Source of the DNA: an uncultured bacterium
Lineage (GTDB): Bacteria; Armatimonadota; Abditibacteriia; Abditibacteriales; Abditibacteriaceae
Direction: 5' to 3'
DNA length: 38,350 nt
NCBI GenBank assembly: GCA_963843795.1
Contig: CAWJLW010000004.1
Location: forward strand, 62,001 to 100,350
In this document: positions 20,586 to 30,429 of the stretch, piece by piece
Layout: each line of letters begins with the position of its first letter
Numbering within the stretch: position 1 is the first letter of the stretch
The notes under the pieces: model-generated
The model's input: only the letters and a program-made list of their open reading frames with translations
The model's database searches: none
Told to the model about the DNA's origin: nothing
Program-made: the position numbers and the translations under genes

Positions 20586-20612
20586 CCACACAACTACTTA
20601 TTATACGTGTTT
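20586..20612 (-). promoter_or_regulatory. attI-like entry site of the array, with an overlapping TATAAT
   Basis: Minus strand AAACACGTATAATAAGTA-GTTGTGTGG. GTTGTGTGG complements the R'' of the first attC apart from one extra base, and no attC hairpin precedes it. Confidence 0.5.
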
Positions 20613-20773
20613 TGCGGCATTTAATATCAAGCCGAAGCGCGAGCAAAAGAACATACATATTATCAGGAAAAATTTTCCTCATAACTCGATAATTAACGTA
20701 TTATTTCAAGACTATAATAGCCTGCGCATGGCTCGCAAAACCTTGAATTTGGCGTCGATGGACGCCTTATTTA

Positions 20774-21776
20774 TCAAATTTCCACATCAATAAAGTTGGC
20801 CGGATTGTTCTTGGCGCGCGAGACGGCTTTGACATACACACCGGTGGTTTCGATGCTCGCGTGCCCCATCGCATCGCGCAAGTGCTCGACTTTGGCTCCA
20901 CCGGCGACCGCTAAGCGTGCCAAAGGTATGGCGCAGCGCATGGCAGCTCACACCAGCCCGCTTCAAGGCGCTTTCGTTGAGATAGCGGTCGATGACCCAG
21001 TTCAAACCGCGACGACTCAAACGCTGTCCCAGCGTTTCGCGGCTGTGCGATAAAAACAAAGCCCCCGACAGCGGCAGACCCGTTTCGAGCTTGGTCGCGC
21101 TGTAATTCTGGATCGCCGCGTAGGTGTCGGGCCGCAGATAAACGCGCCGCATGCGATTGCCTTTGCCGTGCACCGTCAGAAACGCCGCTTCGCCTTCTTC
21201 GTGCGACAAGCTTTCATGATCCAAACGATGGACTTCGATGCGGCGCAGACCGTGCACCGCCATCAAAGCGATCATCGCGCGGTCGCGCGCGCCGCTGGGC
21301 GTGCCCACAGGCACCGCAGCGACCAGCGCGGTCAAACCATGTGTGGTGAGCGCTTTGATTTTCTCTTCGGGCGGCGTCAAGTCTTTGCCACCGCGCACGC
21401 GTTGGGCGGGATTGACTTCGATCAGACCGTGTTTGACTGCCGCTTCGTAAAAGCGGCGCACGATGCTCAAACGCTTGGCGCGTGTGGAAACGCTCTGCCC
21501 GCGCGCTTTCATTTCTTCGCGATAAGCTTCGATATCGCGCCGCTTGGCGAGCTGCGGGTTCACACCGCGCGCCTCGCACCAGCTGCTAAAGGTCGTGACT
21601 TCTTGCAGGTAACTTTGCACCGTGTCATCGGTCGCATCACCATTGGCCACGTCGATCTCCAAGAACTGCGCGAAGGCTTCTTGAATTGTCGTCACCGGCA
21701 CATCCAACCAGTCAAGCGATTCCAACAGCTCCTCTTCGGCAAGTAACTTGCAGCGCCGTTTCGTCAGGTTTTTCAC
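20774..21776 (-). CDS. XerC/D-like tyrosine recombinase; +1 frameshift at ~20914
   Basis: SAM-like N-domain, GLRRIE, GKG and HALRH. After frame correction it continues AMGHASIETTGVY...IDVEI*. There is no IntI-specific insertion between GKG and HxxR. The start overlaps the repA stop. Confidence 0.9.
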
Positions 21777-23203
21777 TGAACATCTTTGGCTTCCTCATGG
21801 CTGGCTCCTTCATGGCTGGCTCCCTCTTCGCTTTGGCTGACTGACTGGCTTTCCAGACTCGCCAGAACTTCTTGCACTTGATCTTCGTATTCGCGCTCAA
21901 CGATCTCCCATAATGTCATTGAAATCGGGCTATCGAGATGATCCAAGCGCTCCCAAAAAATCGACGCCACATCGCGTCGTGCTTCAGTGACCATAACTTC
22001 GCGATCTTCTTCTTCCAACCCCAGATAAACCGCGTGACACGCGCGCGCGATTTGCGCGCGCTCCGACTGAGTTGAAGCGGGTTGATTGGCTACCCCGCTG
22101 GCTAAAACGCTCGTGCTAACGCTGGTATCGGGGCGAATCGTCGATTTTTCGGGAGTGGCTTCTGTGGGCAGTGCGAACTTCTCCGCAGGCGAGGGGAAAA
22201 TGTAAATCACATTTTCGCCACCGGTCCGTGCGGTCTCATATTCGACCGCGCGCAGATAACCGCCTTCGATCAGCTCGGTGTGAGCCGCCGCCAACCGATG
22301 TTTGTAAGTGGACAGATGCGGCTTGGCAGTGAGGGCGAGATACTCCTCGCAGAGCTTGCGAAGGCCAATGCGATAGCGCGGTTTGCCATCGTAGCGCACC
22401 AAATCCAAAAAGCGAAACAAGCGGCGCGCAATCGGCAATTTCAACGAAAAATAAAAGCTCAGCGAGATCGGCTTCAAATTGCCTTCGCGAAAACTTTTCC
22501 ACAGGGTTTCGCTCCACACGAAGCGCGACAAGGGCAGTTCGTTATCGGCACTTTTGCGGCGTCCGGGCTTGGAAACAATTTCAAAAGACTCAATCAAGTG
22601 AAAGCCGGTGTTGATGAATGCACCCGCCGTCGCATCCCAGAACACATTTTTGGACTGAATCGTGATCGCATGCAAGCGATTGAACACTTCTTCCAATCGG
22701 CGATAATCGGCCCGACTGCTCGACCAGCCCAAACGCTTCAAAATATCCAACTGCGTAAAATAAACCTCTTGAGGAAAACCCAGCTCGCGCGACAATTCCA
22801 ACAACACCAAAACCACCGCATCATCGGTTGGTGTCGGCAAGCCCCACTCTTCACTGCCCAGCACCTTCCACGTCGCGACGATAGTTTTTTTGCTGATCGG
22901 ATGACGGCGCTCGCGGGTCTGCGAGATAGTTTTGCCGTGCTGAACCTGATGCGAAAGCAGGGCAATGGGATAGACCGCTAAATTGCGCTCATCACGACTG
23001 ATGCGCTCGATTTCAGCGGCTTCGCCCGTTGCAGTGCTCTCGGGAGAAGCGCCCTCGGGAGAAGTGCTCTCGGTTGCAGTCTCCTCGTGAGCAGCAGCTT
23101 CGGGAGCAGCAGCTTTGGGAGCAGCAGCTTTGGGAGCAGCAGCCTCAGTTGCAGTCCTTTGGGGAGACGTGCCATCGGTAGAAGTTTCTGTTGTCAAATT
23201 CAT
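21773..23203 (-). CDS. repA: Plasmid replication initiator protein (RepA/RPA family)
   Basis: RDERNLAVYPIALL, WGLPTPTDDAV and FYFSLKLPIARRLFRFLD; adjacent to iterons and parAB. Confidence 0.85.
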   Translation of the reverse strand: MNLTTETSTDGTSPQRTATEAAAPKAAAPKAAAPEAAAHEETATESTSPEGASPESTATGEAAEIERISRDERNLAVYPIALLSHQVQHGKTISQTRERRHPISKKTIVATWKVLGSEEWGLPTPTDDAVVLVLLELSRELGFPQEVYFTQLDILKRLGWSSSRADYRRLEEVFNRLHAITIQSKNVFWDATAGAFINTGFHLIESFEIVSKPGRRKSADNELPLSRFVWSETLWKSFREGNLKPISLSFYFSLKLPIARRLFRFLDLVRYDGKPRYRIGLRKLCEEYLALTAKPHLSTYKHRLAAAHTELIEGGYLRAVEYETARTGGENVIYIFPSPAEKFALPTEATPEKSTIRPDTSVSTSVLASGVANQPASTQSERAQIARACHAVYLGLEEEDREVMVTEARRDVASIFWERLDHLDSPISMTLWEIVEREYEDQVQEVLASLESQSVSQSEEGASHEGASHEEAKDVQ

Positions 23204-23249
23204 AAAAAAAGAACCTGGGCCGTGTCGTGATTTTTTTGGGCGCCGCAAG

Positions 23250-23641
23250 TAGTTAAAGTACTTTTTATATAGTTAGTTACAGTACTGTTACCGAAGCCGA
23301 AAAAGGCCGATAGCGCTAAGCGGGCGTGAAAATTTGACGCGGGTATTTTCGTAACTCCCCGAATTGTTTTTCGTAACTCCCCGAATTTCCCCTTGAATTT
23401 TTTCGTAACTCCCCGAATTGTTTTTCGTAACTCCCCGAATTTCGTGCTCAAAAATTTTCGTAACTCCCCGAATTTCGTGCTCACGATTTTCGTAACTCCC
23501 CGAATTTCGCGGAAATTTGAGCGTGCCTGAGGGTCTTTGTCGAGTGAAATCCATAAAATTGTGCGAGAATTCAGATCATCGTCAGTGCATTGCGCAGTCG
23601 TCACAGCCCAAAAATCATGGAAATTCGGGGAGTTACGAAAA
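23250..23641. repeat. Iteron-type replication origin
   Basis: Six direct copies of TTTTCGTAACTCCCCGAATT start at 23346, 23368, 23400, 23422, 23455 and 23487 (spacings 22/32/22/33/32, helically phased). One inverted copy at 23622-23641; AT-rich tract at ~23250-23290. Confidence 0.9.
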
Positions 23642-23754
23642 TCAGGCTCTTCCATCGAAATCCTCGTTCAGGGCGCTTTCGATTGTCATTTTCTTCCGCA
23701 ATTGTACGGGTTTCTTTTCAGACATCCAACGAAACCCATACAATTGCGGAAGTT

Positions 23755-24036
23755 TCATTCACTCTCCAAAGCAGTCTCGATACTGTGTTCGATGCGTATC
23801 AACAGTTCGCTTTCGGTCGCGCGCGCACGGCGAATGCGCTCGATTTCGGTTGCGACGGCTTTGGCATAAGCGGGTGTGATCTGGACATCGTTTTCCAGGG
23901 TTTGGGCGATTTCACTCAGCGCTTCACTGGTATTGTGGCGTTCGATCTCGCGCACCAGGGTTTGCAACGCCGCTGTGGGAAAGACTTCGCTCACTGCGTT
24001 GCTCTCTGCATTTTGGTCTGGTCGCACTGCTTTCAC
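23755..24036 (-). CDS. Hypothetical helical protein downstream of parB
   Basis: 93-aa ORF at the end of the par operon. Confidence 0.5.
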   Translation of the reverse strand: MKAVRPDQNAESNAVSEVFPTAALQTLVREIERHNTSEALSEIAQTLENDVQITPAYAKAVATEIERIRRARATESELLIRIEHSIETALESE

Positions 24037-24057
24037 TGGGCCCGTTAGGGTTTCCCG

Positions 24058-25208
24058 TTAGGAAGCTTTCCCCTTTTTGGCTTCGCCATTTTGCTGGCTT
24101 TGTTGATTCTGCTGTTCCAGACGGCGCGCGTATTCGGTGATCTGATCGCCCGACCAGTTCTTCTCCAACGCGCGTTTGGCCAGAGCGCGCTGATCTTTGG
24201 CGCCGCTCACGCTGGCAATCGCGCGCGCCTGACGCGCGCTGAGCTTGTCCCGGCTGTCCGCGCCAGCGGGCGCGATCTGTTCGATCACATCGGAGGGCAG
24301 CTTGGCGATGTCGATGTAATACATCAGCGTGCGCTTGGACAAGTGCAGACGCTCGCTCACATCCTCCCAGCGCACGCGCGGCTTGCGGCCTGAGGCGTGC
24401 GCGTGCGCGAAAATCGCGGCCATCCACGGCGTGAGCTTGGGAGGATCCTTGAAGTAGCCACTGGACAGCGCGCCCGATTTCTGGCAAGCCTTCGCCACGC
24501 ACCGCGCGCTCGTTTTGCGCATCGACTTGATCGATGGCTTTTTGCATCTGCTCTTTGAGGTTGACCAGAGCCAGACCCACGTCCCCGGGATGGGGATTCT
24601 GGCGTTGCAGGTTTTCGGTGACGGAGATTTCGGCGGCTTCAACATCACTCATGCGACGCTCGATAGCGGGCACGATCTCGTGTCCGGCGTTTTGGGCAGC
24701 GCGCAAGCGGCGATAACCGGCGACCAGCTCGTGAGTTTGAATGCCTTTGGTCTGGGCCAGTGGTCGCACCAGGAGCGGCTCTAAAATGCCGTGCTCTTGC
24801 ACACTGGCGTTGATCTCTTGCTGGGCGCTTTCGTCAAAGATGCTGCGCCCATAAATCTGGTTCAGTTGCAATTGCTCGATATGGAGCCAGATGGCATTTA
24901 AATTCGCCTGCGCGCCATCGCTGCGCACGCGCGCTCCCGAAGCAGTACGCGGTCTGACCCGAAGTCGGGTGACCCGAAGTGGGATGACCCGAAGTGGAGT
25001 GATCTGAAACTGAGTTGCTCGTTACCTCGAATAGGGGAGATGGTGAGGGCGCAGGTGCATCTGCGCCTGCAGTTGATTTCAAACCGACGACTTCTTGAGC
25101 ACGTTGCAGGGCTTGGGCTTGTTCGCCAGTGTTTTGGACGCGGGCACGGCGCGCGCTGATACCATCTTTGATGCGCTGGCTGCGCGATTGGGCGGCTTTA
25201 AGTGTCAT
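24058..25208 (-). CDS. parB: ParB partition protein; frameshifts at ~24935 and ~24470
   Basis: SVQEHGILEPLLVRP, LVAGYRRLRAA, ENLQR and an HTH (WEDVSERLHLSKRTL). The ATG overlaps the parA stop. Confidence 0.85.
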
Positions 25209-25951
25209 GAGAAAATTTCCTCTGCTAAGTTTTGAAAGTCGTCGCGCGCGCCCGCGCACGCGCGCTCCACAACAGTTTTTTGATCCAGTGCCAGTTCGCG
25301 CAGCCTTTCGGTAAAGCGAATTTGCGTGGTCAGCACATCGCTGCCCCAGGTTTGGCGACAAAGCTCGGCGATCTCACGTCCGTGATTGGTATCGCGGTAA
25401 GCGGTCAGCAAGATGCGCACGCGCGGGGCTTCGACTTCGTAAGCATCGCACAACTGAGCGATCCGCTCAGTTGTATCCAGCGCCGTATCAAACGCCATCT
25501 TCTCGCCATTAATGGGAATGATGACCAGCTGCGACGCCAAGACAGAGTTATGGGCCACTGCACCCCAGCCACTGGGCACATCCACAATAGTCGTCGTCTT
25601 TTTTGAGGGTGGCCACATCTTCATGGCACGCCGCAAACGCAGATCGGCACCCACTACAGAAGGCAACAAATGATCGGCATCGACCATGCGCGGATCGCTG
25701 GCGACCAAATGCAGCTGCGGGCGCACCGGTATTGCCGCATCGGTGAGCGAGCAGCCAGCAAACAACACGTCGTGAATAGTGGGCGCACCCGAAAATTCTC
25801 CTTCGACCAGAAAAAAATTGGTCGCCGAATACTGGCCATCAGCATCAATCAACAGCACCTCGCGCTCAGTGCTCGCCAGCGTGGCGGCCAGGTTGACCGC
25901 GCTGATCGTTTTACCAACGCCGCCCTTGGAATTGAGAAAAGAAATCACCAT
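25205..25951 (-). CDS. parA: ParA partition ATPase
   Basis: KGGVGKT deviant Walker A, LLIDADGQ and IVDVP. Confidence 0.93.
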   Translation of the reverse strand: MVISFLNSKGGVGKTISAVNLAATLASTEREVLLIDADGQYSATNFFLVEGEFSGAPTIHDVLFAGCSLTDAAIPVRPQLHLVASDPRMVDADHLLPSVVGADLRLRRAMKMWPPSKKTTTIVDVPSGWGAVAHNSVLASQLVIIPINGEKMAFDTALDTTERIAQLCDAYEVEAPRVRILLTAYRDTNHGREIAELCRQTWGSDVLTTQIRFTERLRELALDQKTVVERACAGARDDFQNLAEEIFS

Positions 25952-26028
25952 AGGTCACATACAATTACGCCCAGCCGTTTACCCGCAGCCATTTATGCAC
26001 AGTCATTTACCTGCAGTTGTTCAAAGGT

Positions 26029-26598
26029 TCAACTGGTTTTGGGTGACCACTTGCGCACAAATATGCCACGCACCGCGATTTCGTCTTTCTTCTTGAAAAT
26101 TGGCTCGTAGTCGGGATTGGCGGGCCTCAGGGTCACCATGTCGGTTTCATCGCAGCAGTAACGCTTTAAGGTGCACTGGTGGGTGCCCGATTCATCACTC
26201 CACTCGACGTGAGCAATTTTGCTGCAAGGATCCAAACCAGGACGGAACAGCGCATATTCGCCGCTTTCAATGGAATCGCTTTTATCGGAACACATCGAGT
26301 GACCATCGACGATCAAAAAATACTCGTTTCCGTTTAAGCCCTTCATGAACTCTTCATCAACGTTGACATAGCATTCTTCCAGGGGACGCACCTCATACGA
26401 TGGCCCGCCCGGAATGTAACCCCAAACCCGAATCTGGTAGCTGGGCAAGCGACCGCCCTGCTTTTCCCACAGGTGAAGGCCACGCAAAGCCGCATCCTTC
26501 ATGTGGACTTCCGATTGAGCGGAGAGAATCTTGAAACGACGGTGCTCTTCGATGGGAACATCGACGGGCAATCTTTTAATGTTAGGGTCAAGCGGCAT
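26029..26598 (-). CDS. Repressor: ribbon-helix-helix-like N-terminus fused to a LexA/CI S24 peptidase domain
   Basis: VDGHSM (Ser), CTLKR (Lys) and LRPANPDYEPI. The N-terminal KRLPVDVPIEEHRRFKILSA...MKDAALRGL has a ParG-like RHH pattern. Confidence 0.8.
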   Translation of the reverse strand: MPLDPNIKRLPVDVPIEEHRRFKILSAQSEVHMKDAALRGLHLWEKQGGRLPSYQIRVWGYIPGGPSYEVRPLEECYVNVDEEFMKGLNGNEYFLIVDGHSMCSDKSDSIESGEYALFRPGLDPCSKIAHVEWSDESGTHQCTLKRYCCDETDMVTLRPANPDYEPIFKKKDEIAVRGIFVRKWSPKTS

Positions 26599-26643
26599 AA
26601 TGTTCCCTTCCGGAGATGGTAGCAGCAATTGAAAGCAATGAAC

Positions 26644-26830
26644 CTTTACGTGTATGCGTTTATACGTCCGTACTCTTATTATAGGCAATCCCACCGCAAA
26701 TTGCACGCGAGTTGATGGCTAATGGAAGTCAACTGACCGAAATCTCCCCCAACGCCGGTGTTGACATCGAAGGAAGTTGGGCTTATAATTGCTCGTAAGT
26801 GTATACGTATAGGCGTCAAGACGTATAGAA
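26644..26830. promoter_or_regulatory. Divergent promoter/operator switch
   Basis: Rightward consensus promoter TTGACA(26761)-17 nt-TATAAT(26784); leftward TATAAT at 26678-83. An 8-bp-period ACGTATAN array lies just downstream of each -10. Confidence 0.75.
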
Positions 26831-26841
26831 TGAGGGTGATT

Positions 26842-27318
26842 ATGCAAAAAATCATAGAAGCGGTCGATAAACGTGCTGCGCTCGATAAACGTGCTGCGCT
26901 CGATAAGCGTGTTGCAATCGATAAACGTGTTGCGGTCGATAAGCGTGTTGATGGTGAAGGCCACAAGGTGCAGGAGAACAAGTCGATCAGCGGCAAGGTG
27001 GGGCAGCAGATCCGGGGGATGTGGGATGAGATGGAGAACAGGGCACTGGGTGTGTCGTCGCAGCGCGAATTTCTGTCTCAGTTAGTGGTTGCCATCTATT
27101 TGTCGTGGAAAAAGCAGGGCAAACCAGAATTTTTGCCTTCCCAATTTGGGTTTAACGCCGATGCTACGGAAAAAGAAAACCTGCGTGCCGAGAAAGCACG
27201 GCTCCAGGCCGAGAATGCACGGCTCCATACGGAAAACGCGCACTTGAAGCGCCAAACCGAAACGCTTTCCGCCCTGGTGGAAAGCCAGCGCATCCAAGTT
27301 AAAGGGGGCAAGGGATGA
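26842..27318 (+). CDS. Putative regulator in the Cro position, with N-terminal DKRxAx repeats and a C-terminal coiled coil
   Basis: First gene after the consensus promoter; GAGG RBS. Confidence 0.6.
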   Translation: MQKIIEAVDKRAALDKRAALDKRVAIDKRVAVDKRVDGEGHKVQENKSISGKVGQQIRGMWDEMENRALGVSSQREFLSQLVVAIYLSWKKQGKPEFLPSQFGFNADATEKENLRAEKARLQAENARLHTENAHLKRQTETLSALVESQRIQVKGGKG

Positions 27319-27563
27319 ATGAGCTGTTATTAAATGGGGTGTTCTTGAATGGGGTGTTCTGGTCGGATGCCGCTACCATCAGCGGCGCGATTTTTTTAGG
27401 CGCCAGCGGCGTGAAATGGTGCCAGCAACGTCGGGCAGCCAAGCGGGCAATGGGACTTTGGCCACAGCGCTTTGAAGATCTCAAGGCTCAAGAAGTCAAA
27501 AGAAAAGTCAAAAGAAAAGCAGTTTTCGGGAGTGTGCCCAAAAGCGGGAGTGTGCCCAAATGA
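27315..27563 (+). CDS. Hypothetical protein
   Basis: ATGA overlaps with both neighbours. Confidence 0.5.
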   Translation: MNELLLNGVFLNGVFWSDAATISGAIFLGASGVKWCQQRRAAKRAMGLWPQRFEDLKAQEVKRKVKRKAVFGSVPKSGSVPK

Positions 27564-27988
27564 AAAAGAATTTGCGTCAGTTCTTGGCTCGGCTTTGGGC
27601 CAAACAGGGTTTGATCTTCAACGACTGGTATCAGGAGATTCGCGAAAGCGTGTTCGATGCGATGGATGAAAGCACGGGCGCAGGAGAAAACATTCGTTTC
27701 CTGCAAGCCGAAAACGAATCCCTCACTCGCGCCTACATCGAAGTCACCCGCCAGCATACCGACCTGTGCCGCGAAAATGAAGCGCTTAAAACCCTGCTGG
27801 CCGAACAAATGCGCGAAACCATCAGGTTCGCCGAACTCGCCGAGCGCTATCGCAGCGGCTCTCAAAAGTTGCACACCGATGCGGCACGTTACCGTCGCCA
27901 ACAGCGCTGTGATGCGCTGGCCAAGGCGCTTTATGCTCAGAACGTGCCCACCAGACACGGAACGCTCCCATCGACTGCTTTGAATTAA
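27560..27988 (+). CDS. Hypothetical coiled-coil protein
   Basis: Translationally coupled 142-aa ORF. Confidence 0.6.
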   Translation: MKKNLRQFLARLWAKQGLIFNDWYQEIRESVFDAMDESTGAGENIRFLQAENESLTRAYIEVTRQHTDLCRENEALKTLLAEQMRETIRFAELAERYRSGSQKLHTDAARYRRQQRCDALAKALYAQNVPTRHGTLPSTALN

Positions 27989-28002
27989 GAAGGTGAAACC
28001 CG

Positions 28003-28242
28003 ATGGGGATGACTCCGCTTCAATCCGCAATCGCCACAGCCATTGATACGCTGTGGCGCACAATTGTCGTCTTGGAACTGCAATTCTCGTTCAACCTGAC
28101 CGATGACACAACGGTTGAGCAGATCACTCAGCACCAAGAACAGGTGGAGCATTTGATGCGCTCGATTGAACTGTTGCACGAACTGTTGCACGAACTTCCA
28201 TCCCGCCTCAACGCCTGCGACCTGAGAACGCCTGCGATCTGA
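28003..28242 (+). CDS. Hypothetical protein
   Basis: 79 aa; AAGGTG RBS. Confidence 0.5.
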   Translation: MGMTPLQSAIATAIDTLWRTIVVLELQFSFNLTDDTTVEQITQHQEQVEHLMRSIELLHELLHELPSRLNACDLRTPAI

Positions 28243-28394
28243 GAACGCCTGCGACCTGAGTCAGATGCGACTGGCCATTGCCAAAAGGTGAACCGCGGTT
28301 CACTTTGTTTCAAGCGCTAAATAGGTGCTGCAAGTTACTTGCTGCAAGTAACTTGCAGCGCACCTTCTCACCCGAACTTCACAAGGACATTCTC

Positions 28395-29621
28395 ATGAAT
28401 GACGCAGTTTTTCCCTTTGCCGAGCAAGGCAACTTCACCCAGGTTCACAATCACGTTTTCGATGTGATCATGCCCATCGTCTCACCCAGTGCCTTCAAGG
28501 TGCTTTGTTTCGTGATTCGCAAAACGCGCGGTTATCACAAAAAAAGCGATGAACTGTCGTATTCACAAATTTTAGAAGGCACTGGCATCGCCTCTCCAAC
28601 GACAATCAGTAAGGCGATCTGCGAGCTGGTCGATGAGGGCTACATCCTGCAAAAGAAGGGGAATCAGTTCGATACCGCTTCTTATGCGCTCAATCCCGGC
28701 TACCAGTCCATTACTCCAGAAAATGGAGTGACTCCAAAAAATGATGCAGACCCCTGGGCTCCAGAAAATGGAGCAGCGACTACTCCAAAAAGTGTAGCAG
28801 CGCCTTCGGCAGCGCTTACTCCAGAAAATGGAGACACCATAAGAAAGTACTTAAAGAAAGAAAAAGAAAGTACAACGAGCGAGCCGCGCGTGCGCACGAG
28901 CGGCTCAGTTTCCTCAGCTGATAAATCTTTGTTGGAAACAACAATGACAGCAGAAACGCCGCCCCTCTCACCGGCTTCCAAATCCATCTCCAAACTGGTG
29001 AGTTTGCAGCCCACGCCACAAAACGAAACCGAGTTAGCGCTTTGTGAAATCAGCGGCGTAACCAACCCGAATCAGACCGCAGCCCGCAATGGCGAAGAGT
29101 GGCCAATTGCCTTGGACGTTGTACAACGCATCGGAGCCAGCGCCGAGGACTTGCATGCATTCCGCATGGAATGGTTCGCCACCCCCGATGGCTACGGTCA
29201 GCGCAAGCGCGCGCTATTTTTGTCCAATATCGCCATCCATTTGCCGCAGTGGATGCAAATGCAGCGCGCCGCCCAGCACAACGCGACCTGGCAGCAGGTC
29301 GACGCCCCGCTAACCGTCAATTCCCAATCCAACGCCGATTCCCGGTTCACCGTCGATTCCCAATCCAACGCCGATTTTTCAGGAGGTTCCGATGAATTCA
29401 CTCAGTCAAGTCATGCAATTCCAAACCGCGCACCCACAAACCCATCCACAAACGTCGGCTTTGCCCCAATGGGCGCGCCGCGACCATTCTCAACGCAATC
29501 CTCGTCCCAATGCGGCGCACAACGCGTCGGCTTACGCGAACAGCGGCGCAACAGCCGCCAGCGCTTCTACCGCGAGTATGCTGAACGCTTCGGCCCTGAA
29601 GTGGGCTGTCGTGCTGAATAA
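28395..29621 (+). CDS. Phage replication initiator (lambda O-like wHTH)
   Basis: NFTQVHNHVFD...KVLCFVIRKTRGYHKKSDELSYSQILEGTG...ISKAICELVDEGYI; internal iterons. The 3' end is uncertain because it overlaps the next ORF. Confidence 0.8.
   Translation: MNDAVFPFAEQGNFTQVHNHVFDVIMPIVSPSAFKVLCFVIRKTRGYHKKSDELSYSQILEGTGIASPTTISKAICELVDEGYILQKKGNQFDTASYALNPGYQSITPENGVTPKNDADPWAPENGAATTPKSVAAPSAALTPENGDTIRKYLKKEKESTTSEPRVRTSGSVSSADKSLLETTMTAETPPLSPASKSISKLVSLQPTPQNETELALCEISGVTNPNQTAARNGEEWPIALDVVQRIGASAEDLHAFRMEWFATPDGYGQRKRALFLSNIAIHLPQWMQMQRAAQHNATWQQVDAPLTVNSQSNADSRFTVDSQSNADFSGGSDEFTQSSHAIPNRAPTNPSTNVGFAPMGAPRPFSTQSSSQCGAQRVGLREQRRNSRQRFYREYAERFGPEVGCRAE
28712..28870. repeat. Lambda-type origin inside the initiator gene
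   Basis: CTCCAGAAAATGGAG at 28714, 28759 and 28819, with variants at 28732 and 28783, followed by an A-rich tract at 28841-28870. Confidence 0.75.
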
Positions 29622-30429
29622 TCTCGCAGCGGCGTATCCAACCGGCAAATACGCCGAGATGGATGACGTAGATGTCGAGCAAAGCGCGTGGGTATGGGCC
29701 GAAGCGCTGCATGAGGTGCCCCTTGAGGCCATCGAAGAACTCTTCCGCCGCGTGATCCGCAGTCGCACCGACAGCTTTGCGCCCAACGTCGGCGATTTTC
29801 AGGTGACGTGGCGCGCCTGGAATTACTGGTACGAACAAAATACCGATGCCCAAGACAAAGCGCCCGTGCTGGGCTTGCCCGCGCCTTCGGGCGATATGAC
29901 TGGCCCTTGTGCCACCGCATCGAGACAGCAAATTCCGCGCATAAAAGGTCAAGGCATGGTCACTTGTCATTGCGTGAACCAGTATGGGAATTACGATGCG
30001 GCGACCCTTTCGCGCGACCGCACGCACTGGGTTTGCGGCAATGATCTCATCGGCCTTGAACCCTGCCATTTCGAGTGGCCAGTCGAACGACCGTTCACCG
30101 CGCCGCCTGCACCCAAAGCTTCGGGATCAGGCCGCAATCGCACGTCCACCGTAATCACGTCCACCGTGATCGCGTCGACCGTGAACACGTCGACCGTGAT
30201 TCCGACTGTGAGCGCGCCCTCGCCGATTGAAAACGCCGCCAAGCTGTGCGCAGTCGATCTCGATACGCTCGATAGTCCCGAGCTGGCGCGCTTTTCGGCG
30301 TTCGTGCGCGACTGGCAGGACAAATACGACTGCGCGCTTGCACCCGAACTGTACGAGGAGCACTACCCGATCTGGCTCAATCAACGGTTCGATGAAGAAG
30401 AACGGGCGCGGTTGGTCGTGAACGCCTAA
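29392..30429 (+). CDS. Putative helicase loader/inhibitor (P/G39P-like)
   Basis: Follows the initiator; AGGAGG RBS; LAAAYP...WAEALHEVP...FAPNVGDF pattern. Confidence 0.55.
   Translation: MNSLSQVMQFQTAHPQTHPQTSALPQWARRDHSQRNPRPNAAHNASAYANSGATAASASTASMLNASALKWAVVLNNLAAAYPTGKYAEMDDVDVEQSAWVWAEALHEVPLEAIEELFRRVIRSRTDSFAPNVGDFQVTWRAWNYWYEQNTDAQDKAPVLGLPAPSGDMTGPCATASRQQIPRIKGQGMVTCHCVNQYGNYDAATLSRDRTHWVCGNDLIGLEPCHFEWPVERPFTAPPAPKASGSGRNRTSTVITSTVIASTVNTSTVIPTVSAPSPIENAAKLCAVDLDTLDSPELARFSAFVRDWQDKYDCALAPELYEEHYPIWLNQRFDEEERARLVVNA

Larger units (their letters stand above)
17286..20612 (-). mobile_element. Integron-like gene cassette array (attI-like site plus five attC-type sites, no canonical IntI in the window)
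   Basis: Related attC-type hairpins on the minus strand, with the R'' of four of the five cassettes matching the GTT/GAT start of that cassette. The region is AT-richer than the backbone. Confidence 0.75.

Noticed and set aside
20684..20710. dif/res-like site ACTCGATAA-TTAACGTA-TTATTTCAAG beside the recombinase
   Set aside because: The position is plausible, but the symmetry is weak in an AT-rich tract and cannot be supported without comparative data.
20774..21776. Canonical integron integrase or protelomerase
   Set aside because: There is no IntI insertion between GKG and HALRH. Its size and R-K-H-R-H-Y motifs fit a XerC/D-like enzyme.
23346..23506. Possible CRISPR array
   Set aside because: The 20-bp repeats have only 2-13 nt between them, are helically phased, lie beside repA, and have no cas genes nearby. 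They are iterons.
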